Of a stretch of DNA of 60,229 nt, positions 17,392 through 28,141 are shown piece after piece. Source of the DNA: Clostridiales bacterium (GTDB lineage Bacteria > Bacillota > Clostridia > Lachnospirales > Lachnospiraceae). The stretch lies in assembly GCA_012520635.1 (NCBI GenBank), contig JAAYNY010000051.1, forward strand, positions 1-60,229, in the 5' to 3' direction. Within the stretch, counting starts at the first letter, position 1. Every line of letters starts with the position of its first letter. The position numbers and the translations under genes were made by a program. Under the pieces are notes generated by a model. The model saw only the letters and a list, made by a program, of their open reading frames with translations. It searched no databases and was not told the DNA's origin.

Positions 17392-18382
17392 GGCCAATAA
17401 ATCTTTTAAAAACTTTTGGGAAAGAAATCGACTTACCCAAGGATATTTGCTAAAAAGAACAGTTGGAAGAGCAATGTTTAGGTTTGCAAGGGCAATAATG
17501 CTATTTGGCCTATGTTTCCTTATCCTTCAGCCCATCCTTAGTAAGATTTCAGTCAGCTTTATGGAAGAGAAAGATTTATATGATGCTACTATTATAAACA
17601 TCCCCAGGAACTGGTCAACCCAGAATTATCAGATGTCTAGTTATTTAATGAACTACAAAAAAGCACTGGGAACAACCTTATGGCTTTCATTAATAATAGC
17701 TTTGATTCAATTAGCATCTACCACATTGGTGGCTTATGGATTTGCCAGATATAATTTTCCGGGTAAGAAATTGTTGTTTGCTTTTGTCCTTCTATCTATT
17801 GTAATTCCACCACAAACCATTCTTACAGCACTATATCTTAACTTTAGGTATTTTGATATCTTTGGTATCTTTAAATTATTTACTGGGGACACAGTTAACT
17901 TATTAAATTCCGTCTGGCCTTATGTCTTTATTAGTAGTGGTGCTATGGGACTTAAGAATGGACTATATATATTCATGTTAAGGCAGTATTTTCGGGGTAT
18001 TCCTAAGGAGATGGAGGAGGCGGCTTATGTAGATGGCTGTGGCAAGCTGAAGACCTTCTTGGTTATAATGCTCCCTGATGCAAAACCTATGTTGACATCA
18101 ATATTTTTATTTGCATATGTGTGGCAATGGACAGATTCTTTTTACTCATCATTATTCTTAAGAAAGTTTAATCTATTATCTACTGCTGTTGCTGGCCTTG
18201 GAGACAGCCTGATGACCCATATGCAGAATATAAGTAATAGAACAGCATTTCCCACTACTGCTTATACACAAGCAGTTATATCTACAGGTACATTAATGGT
18301 AGTGGCACCACTAGTTCTTATTTACTTTATTGCACAAAGGGGATTTGTAGAAAGTATTGCACAAGCAGGCATTAAGATGTAA
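17384..18382 (+). CDS. Carbohydrate ABC permease (MalG-like)
   Basis: IPKEMEEAAYVDG; overlaps previous gene by 8 nt. Confidence 0.92.
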   Translation: MIRANKSFKNFWERNRLTQGYLLKRTVGRAMFRFARAIMLFGLCFLILQPILSKISVSFMEEKDLYDATIINIPRNWSTQNYQMSSYLMNYKKALGTTLWLSLIIALIQLASTTLVAYGFARYNFPGKKLLFAFVLLSIVIPPQTILTALYLNFRYFDIFGIFKLFTGDTVNLLNSVWPYVFISSGAMGLKNGLYIFMLRQYFRGIPKEMEEAAYVDGCGKLKTFLVIMLPDAKPMLTSIFLFAYVWQWTDSFYSSLFLRKFNLLSTAVAGLGDSLMTHMQNISNRTAFPTTAYTQAVISTGTLMVVAPLVLIYFIAQRGFVESIAQAGIKM

Positions 18383-18469
18383 TTTTATTATATATTACTA
18401 TTTTATGAAACTCATACCTTATGGTAGTATTTTATGCTATAATAGATTTTCAAATACAAGACAGGAGGA

Positions 18470-20635
18470 ATGTACATGCAAGATTATAAGGCATATTTAG
18501 ATGAAACTTTAAGTTTTGAAGAAAGAGCAAAAGATTTAGTATCTAGAATGACTCTAGAAGAAAAGGTGTTCCAGACACTATATACTGCTCCAGCCATAGA
18601 GCATCTTGGTGTAAAGGCGTATAATTGGTGGAATGAGGCATTACATGGGGTAGCCCGTGCAGGTGTTGCCACAGTATTCCCACAGGCAATCGGTCTTGCG
18701 GCAACTTTTGATGAGGATCTTATTGAGGAAGTTGCTGATGTAATCTCCACAGAAGGTAGAGCAAAATTCAATGCTCAGCAGAAGTATGGAGATTATGATA
18801 TCTACAAAGGACTAACATTCTGGTCCCCTAACGTGAATATTTTCCGTGATCCAAGGTGGGGAAGAGGCCATGAGACATATGGTGAGGATCCTTATCTTAG
18901 CTCAAGGCTTGGAGTTAGATTTGTTAATGGTATTCAAGGACATGATGATAAATACATGAAGGCTGCTGCTTGTGCTAAGCATTTTGCAGTTCATTCTGGT
19001 CCTGAGGATCAAGGGCATAGTTTTAATGCAGAGTGTTCAACACAAGATCTTTATGAAACATATTTACCTGCATTTAAGGCTTGTGTGCAGGAAGCAGATG
19101 TTGAATCTGTGATGGGAGCATACAATCGTACTAACGGTGAGCCATGTTGTGGAAGTAAGACATTACTTAAGGATATACTAAGAGATGAATGGGGCTTTAA
19201 GGGACATGTAGTATCTGATTGTTGGGCAATCAAAGACTTCCATGAGTTCCATAAGGTAACATCTACACCAGTTGAGTCTGTGGCAATGGCTATGAATAAT
19301 GGCTGTGATCTAAACTGTGGTAATTTGTTTGGTAACTTACTTATGGCAGTAAGAGACGGACTTACTGAAGAAAAAACTATAGATGAAGCGGTGACAAGGC
19401 TGGTAACCACCCGTATGAAACTTGGATTATTTGATGATCAGGCTAAAGTTCCATTTAATAAGATTGGTTATGATCAAGTGGATAGTAAGGAACATTTGGA
19501 ATTCAACATAGATGTATCAAAAAAATCCATTGTTCTACTAAAGAATGAAGACAAGCTTCTACCTTTAGATAAATCCAAATTAAAGACGGTAGGTGTTATA
19601 GGACCAAATGCTGACAATAGAAAAGCATTAGTTGGAAACTATGAAGGTACAGCTTCAGAATATGTTACTATTTTGGAAGGTATAAAAGAGTACCTAGGAG
19701 ATGATACAAGGGTATATTATTCAGAAGGATGTCATCTCTTTAAGAAATCTTCTCAGGGTCTAGCTATGGAAAATGATAGAGTAGCTGAGGCGAAGATGGT
19801 TTGTGAGATGAGTGATGTTGTCATAGCATGCTTTGGACTTGATCCTGGCTTAGAAGGTGAAGAAGGAGACCAAGGAAATGAGTTCGCCAGTGGAGATAAA
19901 CCTAATCTAAATCTTCCTGGATTACAAGAAGATGTTCTTAAGGAACTATACAATAGTGGTAAGCCAGTTATATTAGTTCTGCTTTCAGGAAGTGCACTTA
20001 GCATACCTTGGGCTGACGAGAATATACCTGCAATTATTCAAGGCTGGTATCCTGGAGCTCAGGGTGGAAGGGCAATAGCTCAGATTCTATTTGGTGAATA
20101 TTCACCAGAAGGAAAGCTTCCTGTAACATTTTATAGAACCACAGAAGAGTTGCCAGAATTTACAGATTATAACATGAAGAATAGAACATATCGTTATATG
20201 GAGAATGAAGCTCTATATCCATTTGGATATGGTTTATCCTATACGGATTTTGAACTATCAAATGAGCTTATAGATGCAGATGAGGTGGTTCAGGGTAAAG
20301 ATGTTTCGGTTAGTGTGAATATTAAGAACACTGGCAGTATGGCAGGTGCTGAGACAGTTCAAGTTTATGTGAAAGTAAAACAAGATGGAGCACCTAATTG
20401 GCAACTAAAAGGACTTAAGAAGGTGTTTCTAAATCCTGGTGAATCAAAAACCATATCAATTCCACTACATGATAGGGCATTTGGCTTATATAATAATGAG
20501 GGAGAGTTAGTTCTTCATGAAGGTGAATTCGAAGTATTTATTGGTACAAGTCAGCCGGATGCTAGAAGCATTCAGCTTACAGGTAAAAAACCTTATAGCA
20601 AGACATTGCGTTCCAATCAAACCCTTATCTTATAG
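18470..20635 (+). CDS. GH3 beta-xylosidase, cytoplasmic
   Basis: WWNEALHG, RDPRWGRGHETYGEDP, KHF, nucleophile VSDCWA, EGEEGD; C-terminal Fn3-like domain. Confidence 0.93.
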   Translation: MYMQDYKAYLDETLSFEERAKDLVSRMTLEEKVFQTLYTAPAIEHLGVKAYNWWNEALHGVARAGVATVFPQAIGLAATFDEDLIEEVADVISTEGRAKFNAQQKYGDYDIYKGLTFWSPNVNIFRDPRWGRGHETYGEDPYLSSRLGVRFVNGIQGHDDKYMKAAACAKHFAVHSGPEDQGHSFNAECSTQDLYETYLPAFKACVQEADVESVMGAYNRTNGEPCCGSKTLLKDILRDEWGFKGHVVSDCWAIKDFHEFHKVTSTPVESVAMAMNNGCDLNCGNLFGNLLMAVRDGLTEEKTIDEAVTRLVTTRMKLGLFDDQAKVPFNKIGYDQVDSKEHLEFNIDVSKKSIVLLKNEDKLLPLDKSKLKTVGVIGPNADNRKALVGNYEGTASEYVTILEGIKEYLGDDTRVYYSEGCHLFKKSSQGLAMENDRVAEAKMVCEMSDVVIACFGLDPGLEGEEGDQGNEFASGDKPNLNLPGLQEDVLKELYNSGKPVILVLLSGSALSIPWADENIPAIIQGWYPGAQGGRAIAQILFGEYSPEGKLPVTFYRTTEELPEFTDYNMKNRTYRYMENEALYPFGYGLSYTDFELSNELIDADEVVQGKDVSVSVNIKNTGSMAGAETVQVYVKVKQDGAPNWQLKGLKKVFLNPGESKTISIPLHDRAFGLYNNEGELVLHEGEFEVFIGTSQPDARSIQLTGKKPYSKTLRSNQTLIL

Positions 20636-20652
20636 ATATATAATTAATGATT

Positions 20653-20676
20653 ATGCGGGCGCTTAAGCGTCCGCAT
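20653..20676. terminator. GC-rich intergenic hairpin
   Basis: ATGCGGGCGC-TTAA-GCGTCCGCAT with only a short U-tract. Confidence 0.5.
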
Positions 20677-20700
20677 TCTTAGCTTACTAGGAGGATACTT

Positions 20701-22719
20701 ATGAATTATAATAAGTGCTGGCTAAACTATAATCTTATAGAAGATTATTCGGATAAAGAAATCTTATCTAATATAACTGTCTGTGGTAAAGATGCCAAGG
20801 AAAGTTTAATTGTAGATAATGCAGTTAATGAGTTAAAGGATGCATTTAGAAAGATTCTGAATATAAATGCTAGTTGTAGTTATTTAAAAAATGAGAAGGA
20901 ATATGATGAAGCTAACTTAGGAGTTATTCTTAAGTTAAGAGATAATCAAGAACTTCATAGTGAAGGATATCTGATAAAGCAGATAGATAAAGGGCTTCAT
21001 ATAGAGGCTAGAACAGATAAGGGACTATTATATGGATCTTTTGACCTGATTCGTAGAATTTCCCAAGGTGAGACCTTAGATGGTCTTAACCTTATGGAGA
21101 ATCCTAAGAATAATATTAGAATATTTAATCATTGGGATAATATGGACGGAAGTATCGAAAGAGGATATTCAGGTAATTCCTTCTTTTTTGAAAATGACCA
21201 AGTTCTAATAAACGAAAGAACTAGAGACTATGCTAGATTGGCTGCATCTATTGGCATTAATGCCACTGTAATTAATAATGTAAATGTTCTAGAAGCAGCC
21301 ACTGATCTTATAACTGATCGTTATCTTAATAAGCTAGCTGAGATGTCAGATATATTTGAGGGCTATGGAATTAAAATGTACCTTAGTGCTAATTTTGCGG
21401 CACCTATTGAAATTGGTGGCTTGCCTGTATCTGATCCTTTGGACAAGGATGTCATCTTGTGGTGGGAGAAATGTATCAAAAATGTATATGATAAGATCCC
21501 TGGATTTGGAGGATTCCTAATAAAGGCAGATTCTGAAGGTAGACCTGGACCATTTACCTATGGCCGTACTCATGCAGATGGTGCAAATATGCTGGCAAAA
21601 GCCCTAAAACCTTATGAGGGTATATTAATATGGCGGTGTTTTGTATATAATTGCTTGCAGGATTGGAGAGATTATAAGACGGATCGTGCAAGATCTGCCT
21701 ATGATAATTTTATAGACCTAGATGGTAAGTTTGATGATAATGTTATTCTTCAGATAAAGAACGGACCTATGGATTTTCAGGTTAGAGAGCCTGTATCACC
21801 TTTATTTGGTGGACTAAAAAAGACCAATATGATTCTTGAAGTCCAAGCTGCTCAGGAATACACAGGACAGCAAAAGGACCTGTGTTATCTTATTCCTATG
21901 TGGAAGGAAATCTTAGATTTTGAGACACATGCTAAGAAGGATGGATCTACAATAGCAGACATAGTGTCTGGTAGGACATATGATCAAGACAAGTGTGGTA
22001 TTGCAACTGTAACAAATACCGGTAATGATTATAATTGGACTGGTCATGATCTGGCAGCAGCAAATCTATATGGATTTGGAAGACTTGCTTGGGACACAGG
22101 GCTTAGTGCCATACAGATTGCAAGAGAGTGGGTTACGCAGACATTTTCAAGAGATGAAAAGGTGGTTAGTACTGTATGCGAAATTCTTATGAAATCATGG
22201 CCCACTTATGAAAAATATACATCTCCTCTGGGAATTGGCTGGATGGTAAATCCCAACCATCACTATGGGCCTAATATAGATGGTTACGAGTATGATAGAT
22301 GGGGCACTTATCATAGAGCCGATAGAAATGGATTGGGTGTTGATAGGACAGTGAAGAGTGGTACAGGTTATGCTGGTCAATATAATGAACCTCTTGCTTC
22401 TATGTATGAGGATAAGGAGACCTGTCCAGAAGAACTATTATTATTCTTCCATTATATTAAATATGACTATAAGTTAAAGAGCGGTAAGACATTGATACAG
22501 CATATCTATGATACCCATTTTGAAGGGGTAGAAGAAGTTGAGGATATGATAGAAAAATGGAAGGGATTAAAGGAACTTTTAGCTGAGGATGTATATGAAA
22601 GAGTTAGTATGCGTTTTAGTATGCAATTAAGTAATGCCAAAGAGTGGCGTGATAGAGTAAATACTTACTTTTATAGAAAATCAGGCGTAGAGGATGAGCA
22701 TGGAAGAAAGATTTATTAA
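20701..22719 (+). CDS. aguA: GH67 alpha-glucuronidase
   Basis: NHWDNMDGSIERGYSG, KADSEGRPGP, QIKNGPMDFQVREP, EYTGQQ. Confidence 0.95.
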   Translation: MNYNKCWLNYNLIEDYSDKEILSNITVCGKDAKESLIVDNAVNELKDAFRKILNINASCSYLKNEKEYDEANLGVILKLRDNQELHSEGYLIKQIDKGLHIEARTDKGLLYGSFDLIRRISQGETLDGLNLMENPKNNIRIFNHWDNMDGSIERGYSGNSFFFENDQVLINERTRDYARLAASIGINATVINNVNVLEAATDLITDRYLNKLAEMSDIFEGYGIKMYLSANFAAPIEIGGLPVSDPLDKDVILWWEKCIKNVYDKIPGFGGFLIKADSEGRPGPFTYGRTHADGANMLAKALKPYEGILIWRCFVYNCLQDWRDYKTDRARSAYDNFIDLDGKFDDNVILQIKNGPMDFQVREPVSPLFGGLKKTNMILEVQAAQEYTGQQKDLCYLIPMWKEILDFETHAKKDGSTIADIVSGRTYDQDKCGIATVTNTGNDYNWTGHDLAAANLYGFGRLAWDTGLSAIQIAREWVTQTFSRDEKVVSTVCEILMKSWPTYEKYTSPLGIGWMVNPNHHYGPNIDGYEYDRWGTYHRADRNGLGVDRTVKSGTGYAGQYNEPLASMYEDKETCPEELLLFFHYIKYDYKLKSGKTLIQHIYDTHFEGVEEVEDMIEKWKGLKELLAEDVYERVSMRFSMQLSNAKEWRDRVNTYFYRKSGVEDEHGRKIY

Positions 22720-22748
22720 TTATTAATCTGCTTAACCTTTAATAAGAT

Positions 22749-22796
22749 AAGGCACTTTTAATGAAGATAATATTATTTCATTAGAGGTGCTTTTTT
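22749..22796 (+). terminator. Rho-independent terminator after aguA
   Basis: GGCACTTTTAATGAA...TTCATTAGAGGTGCT followed by TTTTT. Confidence 0.75.
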
Positions 22797-22966
22797 GTAA
22801 TCTATCTTATTTTGTAAAGTAAATGACATTGAAAACCCTGCATCCTTCCTATATACTATTAAGCAGTTACACCAGTTGGCAAATAAGGGTATTTGGCAGA
22901 ATTATTATTTCGATTATGATCTTATAAAAAGGCTACATAAATATATGATTGAAAGGAAAATAAACT

Positions 22967-24049
22967 ATGGATATGACATTACGTTGGTTTGGAAGTAAAC
23001 ATGATAGTGTTACTTTAGAGCGAATAAAACAAATACCAGGAGTGACTGGTGTTGTTTCTTCTCTTCATGATATTCCTGCTGGTGAGCCGTGGAAACTAGA
23101 AGATATATTGGCACTTAAGAAAGAGGTGGAGGCAGCAGGGCTAAAGCTTATCGGAATCGAAAGTGTGAATATTCACGAAGATATTAAGATTGGCTTACCT
23201 TCAAGAGAAGAGTATATTGAAAATTATAAGATTTCTTTAGAGAATCTGGGTAAAGCAGATGTACATATGGTCTGCTATAACTTTATGCCAATATTTGATT
23301 GGACAAGAACTGATTTGGCTAAAGAACTTCCCGATGGCTCAACTGTACTAGCCTATGATGAGAATATCATAAAGGGTATTAAGCCTGAGATGATGTTTGA
23401 GAAGATGGAGAAGGAAAGTGGGGGATTTGTTCTTCCTGGTTGGGAGCCCAATCGTAGGGATGAGATAATGGACTTGTTTGATAAGTATAAGGGTGTTACA
23501 GCTGAGAAGCTCATGGAGAATCTTAAGTATTTCTTAGATTCAATTATGCCAGTATGCGAAAAATATCAGATCAAGATGGCCATTCACCCAGATGACCCTG
23601 CATGGAGCGTTTTTGGTTTACCAAGAATAGTTACCAGTGAGAAGGCTTTAGAGGAAATTGCCTCTTTGAATGATAGCACTTATAATGGATTTACCCTTTG
23701 TACAGGATCCCTAGGAAGTAATTTGAAGAATAATCTTCCTGATATTATTAGGAACCCTAAGATAAGTAAAAGAATTCATTTTGCCCATATAAGGAACCTG
23801 GAATTTGAGTCTGACGGAGTATTTCATGAAAGTTCCCATCTATCTTCTGATGGTGATTTTGATATGTATGAGATCATTAAGGCTCTGTATGATGTAGGCT
23901 TTGATGGCATTGTACGTCCAGATCATGGTAGAATGATTTGGGGCGAGGAGGCAAGACCTGGTTATGGTCTCTATGACAGAGCCCTTGGAGTGGCTTACCT
24001 AAATGGTTTATGGGAAGCTATCAGAAAAAATGACAAATCCAATAAGTAA
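22967..24049 (+). CDS. uxuA: Mannonate dehydratase
   Basis: MTLRWFG, CYNFMP.FDWTRT, IHPDDP, RPDHG, PGYGLYDRALG. Confidence 0.96.
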   Translation: MDMTLRWFGSKHDSVTLERIKQIPGVTGVVSSLHDIPAGEPWKLEDILALKKEVEAAGLKLIGIESVNIHEDIKIGLPSREEYIENYKISLENLGKADVHMVCYNFMPIFDWTRTDLAKELPDGSTVLAYDENIIKGIKPEMMFEKMEKESGGFVLPGWEPNRRDEIMDLFDKYKGVTAEKLMENLKYFLDSIMPVCEKYQIKMAIHPDDPAWSVFGLPRIVTSEKALEEIASLNDSTYNGFTLCTGSLGSNLKNNLPDIIRNPKISKRIHFAHIRNLEFESDGVFHESSHLSSDGDFDMYEIIKALYDVGFDGIVRPDHGRMIWGEEARPGYGLYDRALGVAYLNGLWEAIRKNDKSNK

Positions 24050-24098
24050 TACATAGGTAAAGATAGATGCAGATTGTTTGCCAAGAAAGGTAAAAAAG

Positions 24099-25700
24099 AT
24101 GAGGTTAGTTGATTATAATTCATCATGGCAGGAAAAAGGTTATGAGATTCCTAAATATGATAGAGATAAAGTGAAAAAGCTTACCATGGAAAATCCCAGC
24201 TGGATACATTTTGGAGCGGGGAATATCTTTAGGGGTTTTCCTGCGGCAGGACTTCAAAAGATGCTTGATGAAGCTAGCTATGATAAAGGCCTAGTAGTAA
24301 GCGAAGGCTTTGACTATGAAATAATAGAGAAAGCCTATAAGCCTTATGATGATTTAAGTTTGCTAGTTGTTTTGAAATCAGACGGTAATATTCAGAAAAA
24401 GGTTATTGGAAGTGTGGTAGAATCTCTTGTTGCAGATACATCTAAGGACAAGGATTGGGAAAGGCATAAGGAGATATTTCGAAAGTCATCCTTGCAGTTG
24501 GCAAGCTTTACAATAACTGAAAAAGGTTATAGCTTAGTGGATTCCTGTGGGGAATATATGAGCCTTGTAGCAGAGGATTTTAAAAATGGTTATGACAAGC
24601 CTAGCCACCTTATGGGTAAGATTACAGCCCTCTTATATGAGAGGTATAAGGAGGGAAGTCTGCCTATTGCCATGGTTAGTATGGATAACTGCTCTCATAA
24701 TGGAGATAAGTTATTTGCAGCAACCGAGACCTATGCCATGAACTGGGTTAAGAATGGCTTCATGGAAGAAGGCTTCTTGGCTTATATAAGAGATAGGAAT
24801 AAGGTAGCATTTCCATGGACTATGATAGATAAAATAACCCCAAGACCTGATGATAAGGTAAAACAAATTTTGGAGGATGATGGTTTTAAGGATACAGAAC
24901 TAATTATAACATCTAAGAATACTTATACCTCCCCCTTCGTTAACGCTGAAGAAACAGAATATCTTGTGATTGAGGATCTATTTCCAGCTGGAAGACCTCC
25001 ATTAGAGAAAGCAGGATTTATATTTACAGATAGGGAGACAGTTGATAAGGTGGAGAGGATGAAGGTATGCACCTGCTTAAACCCTCTTCATACTGCCCTA
25101 GCCATATTTGGATGTTTACTTTCCTACACCACCATATGGGAGGAAATGAGAGATCCACAGCTTGTAAAATTAGTTAATAAGATTGGATATGACGAAGGTA
25201 TGGCAGTGGTAGTTAATCCGGGTGTAATAGATCCTATGGATTTTATAAAGGCAGTACTTGAGGTTCGTCTGCCTAATCCATTTATGCCAGATGCTCCACA
25301 AAGGATCGCAACAGATACATCACAAAAGATACCTATTCGATTTGGGGAAACCATAAAGGCCTATAGAGATAGGGATAGACTAAAAGTAAGGAATCTTACC
25401 TTTATCCCTCTTACTATAGCAGGATGGTGTAGATACCTGATGGGAATAGATGATGAGGGCATGGCATTTACCCCCAGCCCAGACCCTTTACTTGATGAGC
25501 TAATGGGATATGTTAAGGATATTAAGCTGGGAGATGAAACTCTTAAAGAGGGAACCCTTAGACCTATCCTTTCCAACGATAAAATATTTGCAGTTAATCT
25601 ATATGATGTTGGTTTAGGAGAGAAGATAGAAGCTATGTTTTTAGAACTTATTGCTGGTAAAGGTGCAGTAAGAGATACCTTAAAGAAGTATTTAAATTAA
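24099..25700 (+). CDS. uxuB: Mannitol-dehydrogenase-family D-mannonate oxidoreductase (UxuB-like)
   Basis: WIHFGAGNIFR, FTITEKGY, SMDNCSHNG, MIDKITP, KVCTCLNPLHT; follows uxuA. Confidence 0.8.
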   Translation: MRLVDYNSSWQEKGYEIPKYDRDKVKKLTMENPSWIHFGAGNIFRGFPAAGLQKMLDEASYDKGLVVSEGFDYEIIEKAYKPYDDLSLLVVLKSDGNIQKKVIGSVVESLVADTSKDKDWERHKEIFRKSSLQLASFTITEKGYSLVDSCGEYMSLVAEDFKNGYDKPSHLMGKITALLYERYKEGSLPIAMVSMDNCSHNGDKLFAATETYAMNWVKNGFMEEGFLAYIRDRNKVAFPWTMIDKITPRPDDKVKQILEDDGFKDTELIITSKNTYTSPFVNAEETEYLVIEDLFPAGRPPLEKAGFIFTDRETVDKVERMKVCTCLNPLHTALAIFGCLLSYTTIWEEMRDPQLVKLVNKIGYDEGMAVVVNPGVIDPMDFIKAVLEVRLPNPFMPDAPQRIATDTSQKIPIRFGETIKAYRDRDRLKVRNLTFIPLTIAGWCRYLMGIDDEGMAFTPSPDPLLDELMGYVKDIKLGDETLKEGTLRPILSNDKIFAVNLYDVGLGEKIEAMFLELIAGKGAVRDTLKKYLN

Positions 25701-25718
25701 GATTTTCGATTTTCAACT

Positions 25719-25761
25719 AAAACGGTACTAGGCTTAACTACCATGCCTAGTACCGTTTTTT
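25719..25761. terminator. Bidirectional terminator
   Basis: AAAACGGTACTAGGC...GCCTAGTACCGTTTTTT. Confidence 0.8.
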
Positions 25762-25851
25762 GAACGGTGTCAGGCACCGTTCACACATCGTTCACAATTT
25801 TGACACCGGTGCCTGACACCGTTTACAATTTGTTCACAGGTGCTAGGCACC
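25761..25851. repeat. Second REP-like cluster with three GGTG-N5-CACC cores
   Basis: Cores at 25766-25778, 25808-25820 and 25839-25851; reverse complement of 25779-25820 matches the 42-bp unit at 2449-2532. Confidence 0.9.
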
Positions 25852-27919
25852 TGTTGTTCTCGCAGATGTAGTAGGTGGTTTTGTTGTTTATTGTACGGTA
25901 ATCAGCTACATATTCTGCGATTTGCTGGAATTCTTCCTGATTTTCTTGTGTTTTTACTAGGACAATCGTGTTGGGATTGTAATTAGCGGCCATATATTCT
26001 TTTAATTCTTCGAGCTCGGGGTTTTCAAGAGGGTTTCTCTTAACTGTCTTTTCGGTGGTGGTATTATCGTCTTTGTTGCAGACTATGCAAATGATCTCCT
26101 TTGTTGGATATAGTGCATTAAGGAATGCCAGTCCTGCAAAGGAATAGGCAACAGGATAATCTTTGGCTTGCCCGCCTAGGAACCTAAGTTGCTTATGGGC
26201 GTATTCTTTGTATTTTGTTTTGCCGGTAATATAAGAAATCTTTTGTAGTACATAAGCTGCAACGGAGTTACCGGATGGTATTGCACCATCATAAGACTCC
26301 TTAGGACGATAAATTAATTCTTCAGCTTGGTTTCCAGTTAAGAAGAAACCTTCATTGATATCATCCCAGAAATCAAGAAGCATTTTATCTGTAAATTCAA
26401 TGGCTTGTTTTAGATAGCTTATATCAAATGTTGCTTCATATACAGACAAAAGGGCATGGCAGAAGAAGGCATAGTCATCTAGGGTACCATTAAAAGCAGC
26501 TTCTCCCTCCCTATATCTTACATAAATTTGCTTGTCTTCATCTATTAATTTACTATTAATAAAATCTAAGGCTCGTATTGCTATATCTGCGTATTCTTTG
26601 TTTTGCATTACAATTGCGGCCTTGGCATAGGCGGATATCATAAGGCAGTTCCATGATGTTAGGATTTTATCATCTTTGTGCAGGTCATAACGGTTCTGCC
26701 TGTAGCGATAGATATAATTACAGAGTCTGGCCACCCTTTCGTTATCAGGGTTTAACTGGCTGGCATGAATACGGTTGGGTATGGAAGAACCTTCGAAGTT
26801 CCCCTCCTTTGTGATATCAAAATAATTGCAAAAGAAACCAGCATCATCATTTGGTAGGACACTACGAATATCTTCAGGGGTGAATAAATAGTATTTTCCT
26901 TCAACCCCTTCACTGTCGGCATCTTGAGCTGAATAAAAACCTCCCTCTTTATCGGTCATTTCACGACGGACATATTCAAGTATCTGAGTGGCAATTGTTT
27001 TGTATAAAGGGTTTTTAGTATACTGATAGGCTTCAGTGTAAGTTGTAGCAAGAAGAGCATTATCATAAAGCATCTTCTCAAAATGAGGTACAAGCCACTT
27101 GGCATCCGTAGAGTATCTAGAGAAACCATATCCTATATGGTCATATATACCTCCTTTATACATATTAATTAAGGTGTTTTCCACCATAAATAAAGACTTT
27201 TCGTCTGCTTCAAGGCTTGAATATGCCAAAAGAAACATTAGCTTATGTGGGCTGGGAAACTTAGGCGGATTTCCAAAACCACCATAATCATGGTCAAAGT
27301 TTTGCTTTAGCTGACTAACGGCTATATTACATAAGTCCTTTGTAACGTCTGCCTTATCTGATCTGCCTTCATATTCCTGTTTCATAATCCGAGTAATATT
27401 GTTGCCGGTTTCTATCATTTCATCTTGATTTTGTATCCAACCATAGTGGACTTGAACTAGAAGGTCAATTAAGCCTATCAGTCCATAACCGATATTCTTG
27501 GGTAAATAAGTTGCAGCATAAAAAGGTTCCTTATCTGGTGTCATTAGTATGGTAAGAGGCCAACCTCCATGCCCTGTAGTAGCTTGGCAAATGGCCATAT
27601 ATACAGTGTCAATGTCAGGGCGTTCTTCTTTGTCGACCTTAATACTAATAAAATGTTTGTTAAGAATTTCTGCAACCTCATTATTCTCAAAGCTTTCTCT
27701 AGACATTACATGACACCAGTGACATGTACTATAGCCAATAGATAAAAATATTGGCTTATTTTCTTCTTTTGCCTTAGCAAATGCTTCCTCACCCCAGGGA
27801 TACCAATCTACAGGGTTATATTGGTGCTGGAGAAGATAGGGGGATTTTTCGTTTGCTAATTTATTGGGAATTCGTGTTGTTTTGTTACCTTTGTTCGTAA
27901 CATGTTCGGTTGTATTCAT
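25823..27919 (-). CDS. YyaL/SSP411-family thioredoxin-domain protein
   Basis: [50 protein letters not shown]; AGGAG RBS before ATG 27919. Confidence 0.92.
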   Translation of the reverse strand: MNTTEHVTNKGNKTTRIPNKLANEKSPYLLQHQYNPVDWYPWGEEAFAKAKEENKPIFLSIGYSTCHWCHVMSRESFENNEVAEILNKHFISIKVDKEERPDIDTVYMAICQATTGHGGWPLTILMTPDKEPFYAATYLPKNIGYGLIGLIDLLVQVHYGWIQNQDEMIETGNNITRIMKQEYEGRSDKADVTKDLCNIAVSQLKQNFDHDYGGFGNPPKFPSPHKLMFLLAYSSLEADEKSLFMVENTLINMYKGGIYDHIGYGFSRYSTDAKWLVPHFEKMLYDNALLATTYTEAYQYTKNPLYKTIATQILEYVRREMTDKEGGFYSAQDADSEGVEGKYYLFTPEDIRSVLPNDDAGFFCNYFDITKEGNFEGSSIPNRIHASQLNPDNERVARLCNYIYRYRQNRYDLHKDDKILTSWNCLMISAYAKAAIVMQNKEYADIAIRALDFINSKLIDEDKQIYVRYREGEAAFNGTLDDYAFFCHALLSVYEATFDISYLKQAIEFTDKMLLDFWDDINEGFFLTGNQAEELIYRPKESYDGAIPSGNSVAAYVLQKISYITGKTKYKEYAHKQLRFLGGQAKDYPVAYSFAGLAFLNALYPTKEIICIVCNKDDNTTTEKTVKRNPLENPELEELKEYMAANYNPNTIVLVKTQENQEEFQQIAEYVADYRTINNKTTYYICENNRCLAPVNKL

Positions 27920-27969
27920 AGAGACACTCCTTATTAGCATATTTGTTTATTCAACTAAACTTATTTTTT

Positions 27970-27999
27970 TATTATGCCAATAAGAAGTGGATATTATTA
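27970..27999 (-). promoter_or_regulatory. Possible sigF/sigG promoter of the yyaL-like gene
   Basis: GGCATAATA -10 match; weak -35 (TAATA). Confidence 0.3.
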
Positions 28000-28141
28000 G
28001 ATTGGTTTATTAATAAAAAATGGAGAGAGATTTTTTATCCAAGCCAATTAAAGAGGTAAAATAAATGCTTATTAAAGTAAAGATATTACATTTATATCCT
28101 AAGAATATAACTATATAATGGTAAAAGAAAGAGGTAATTGT

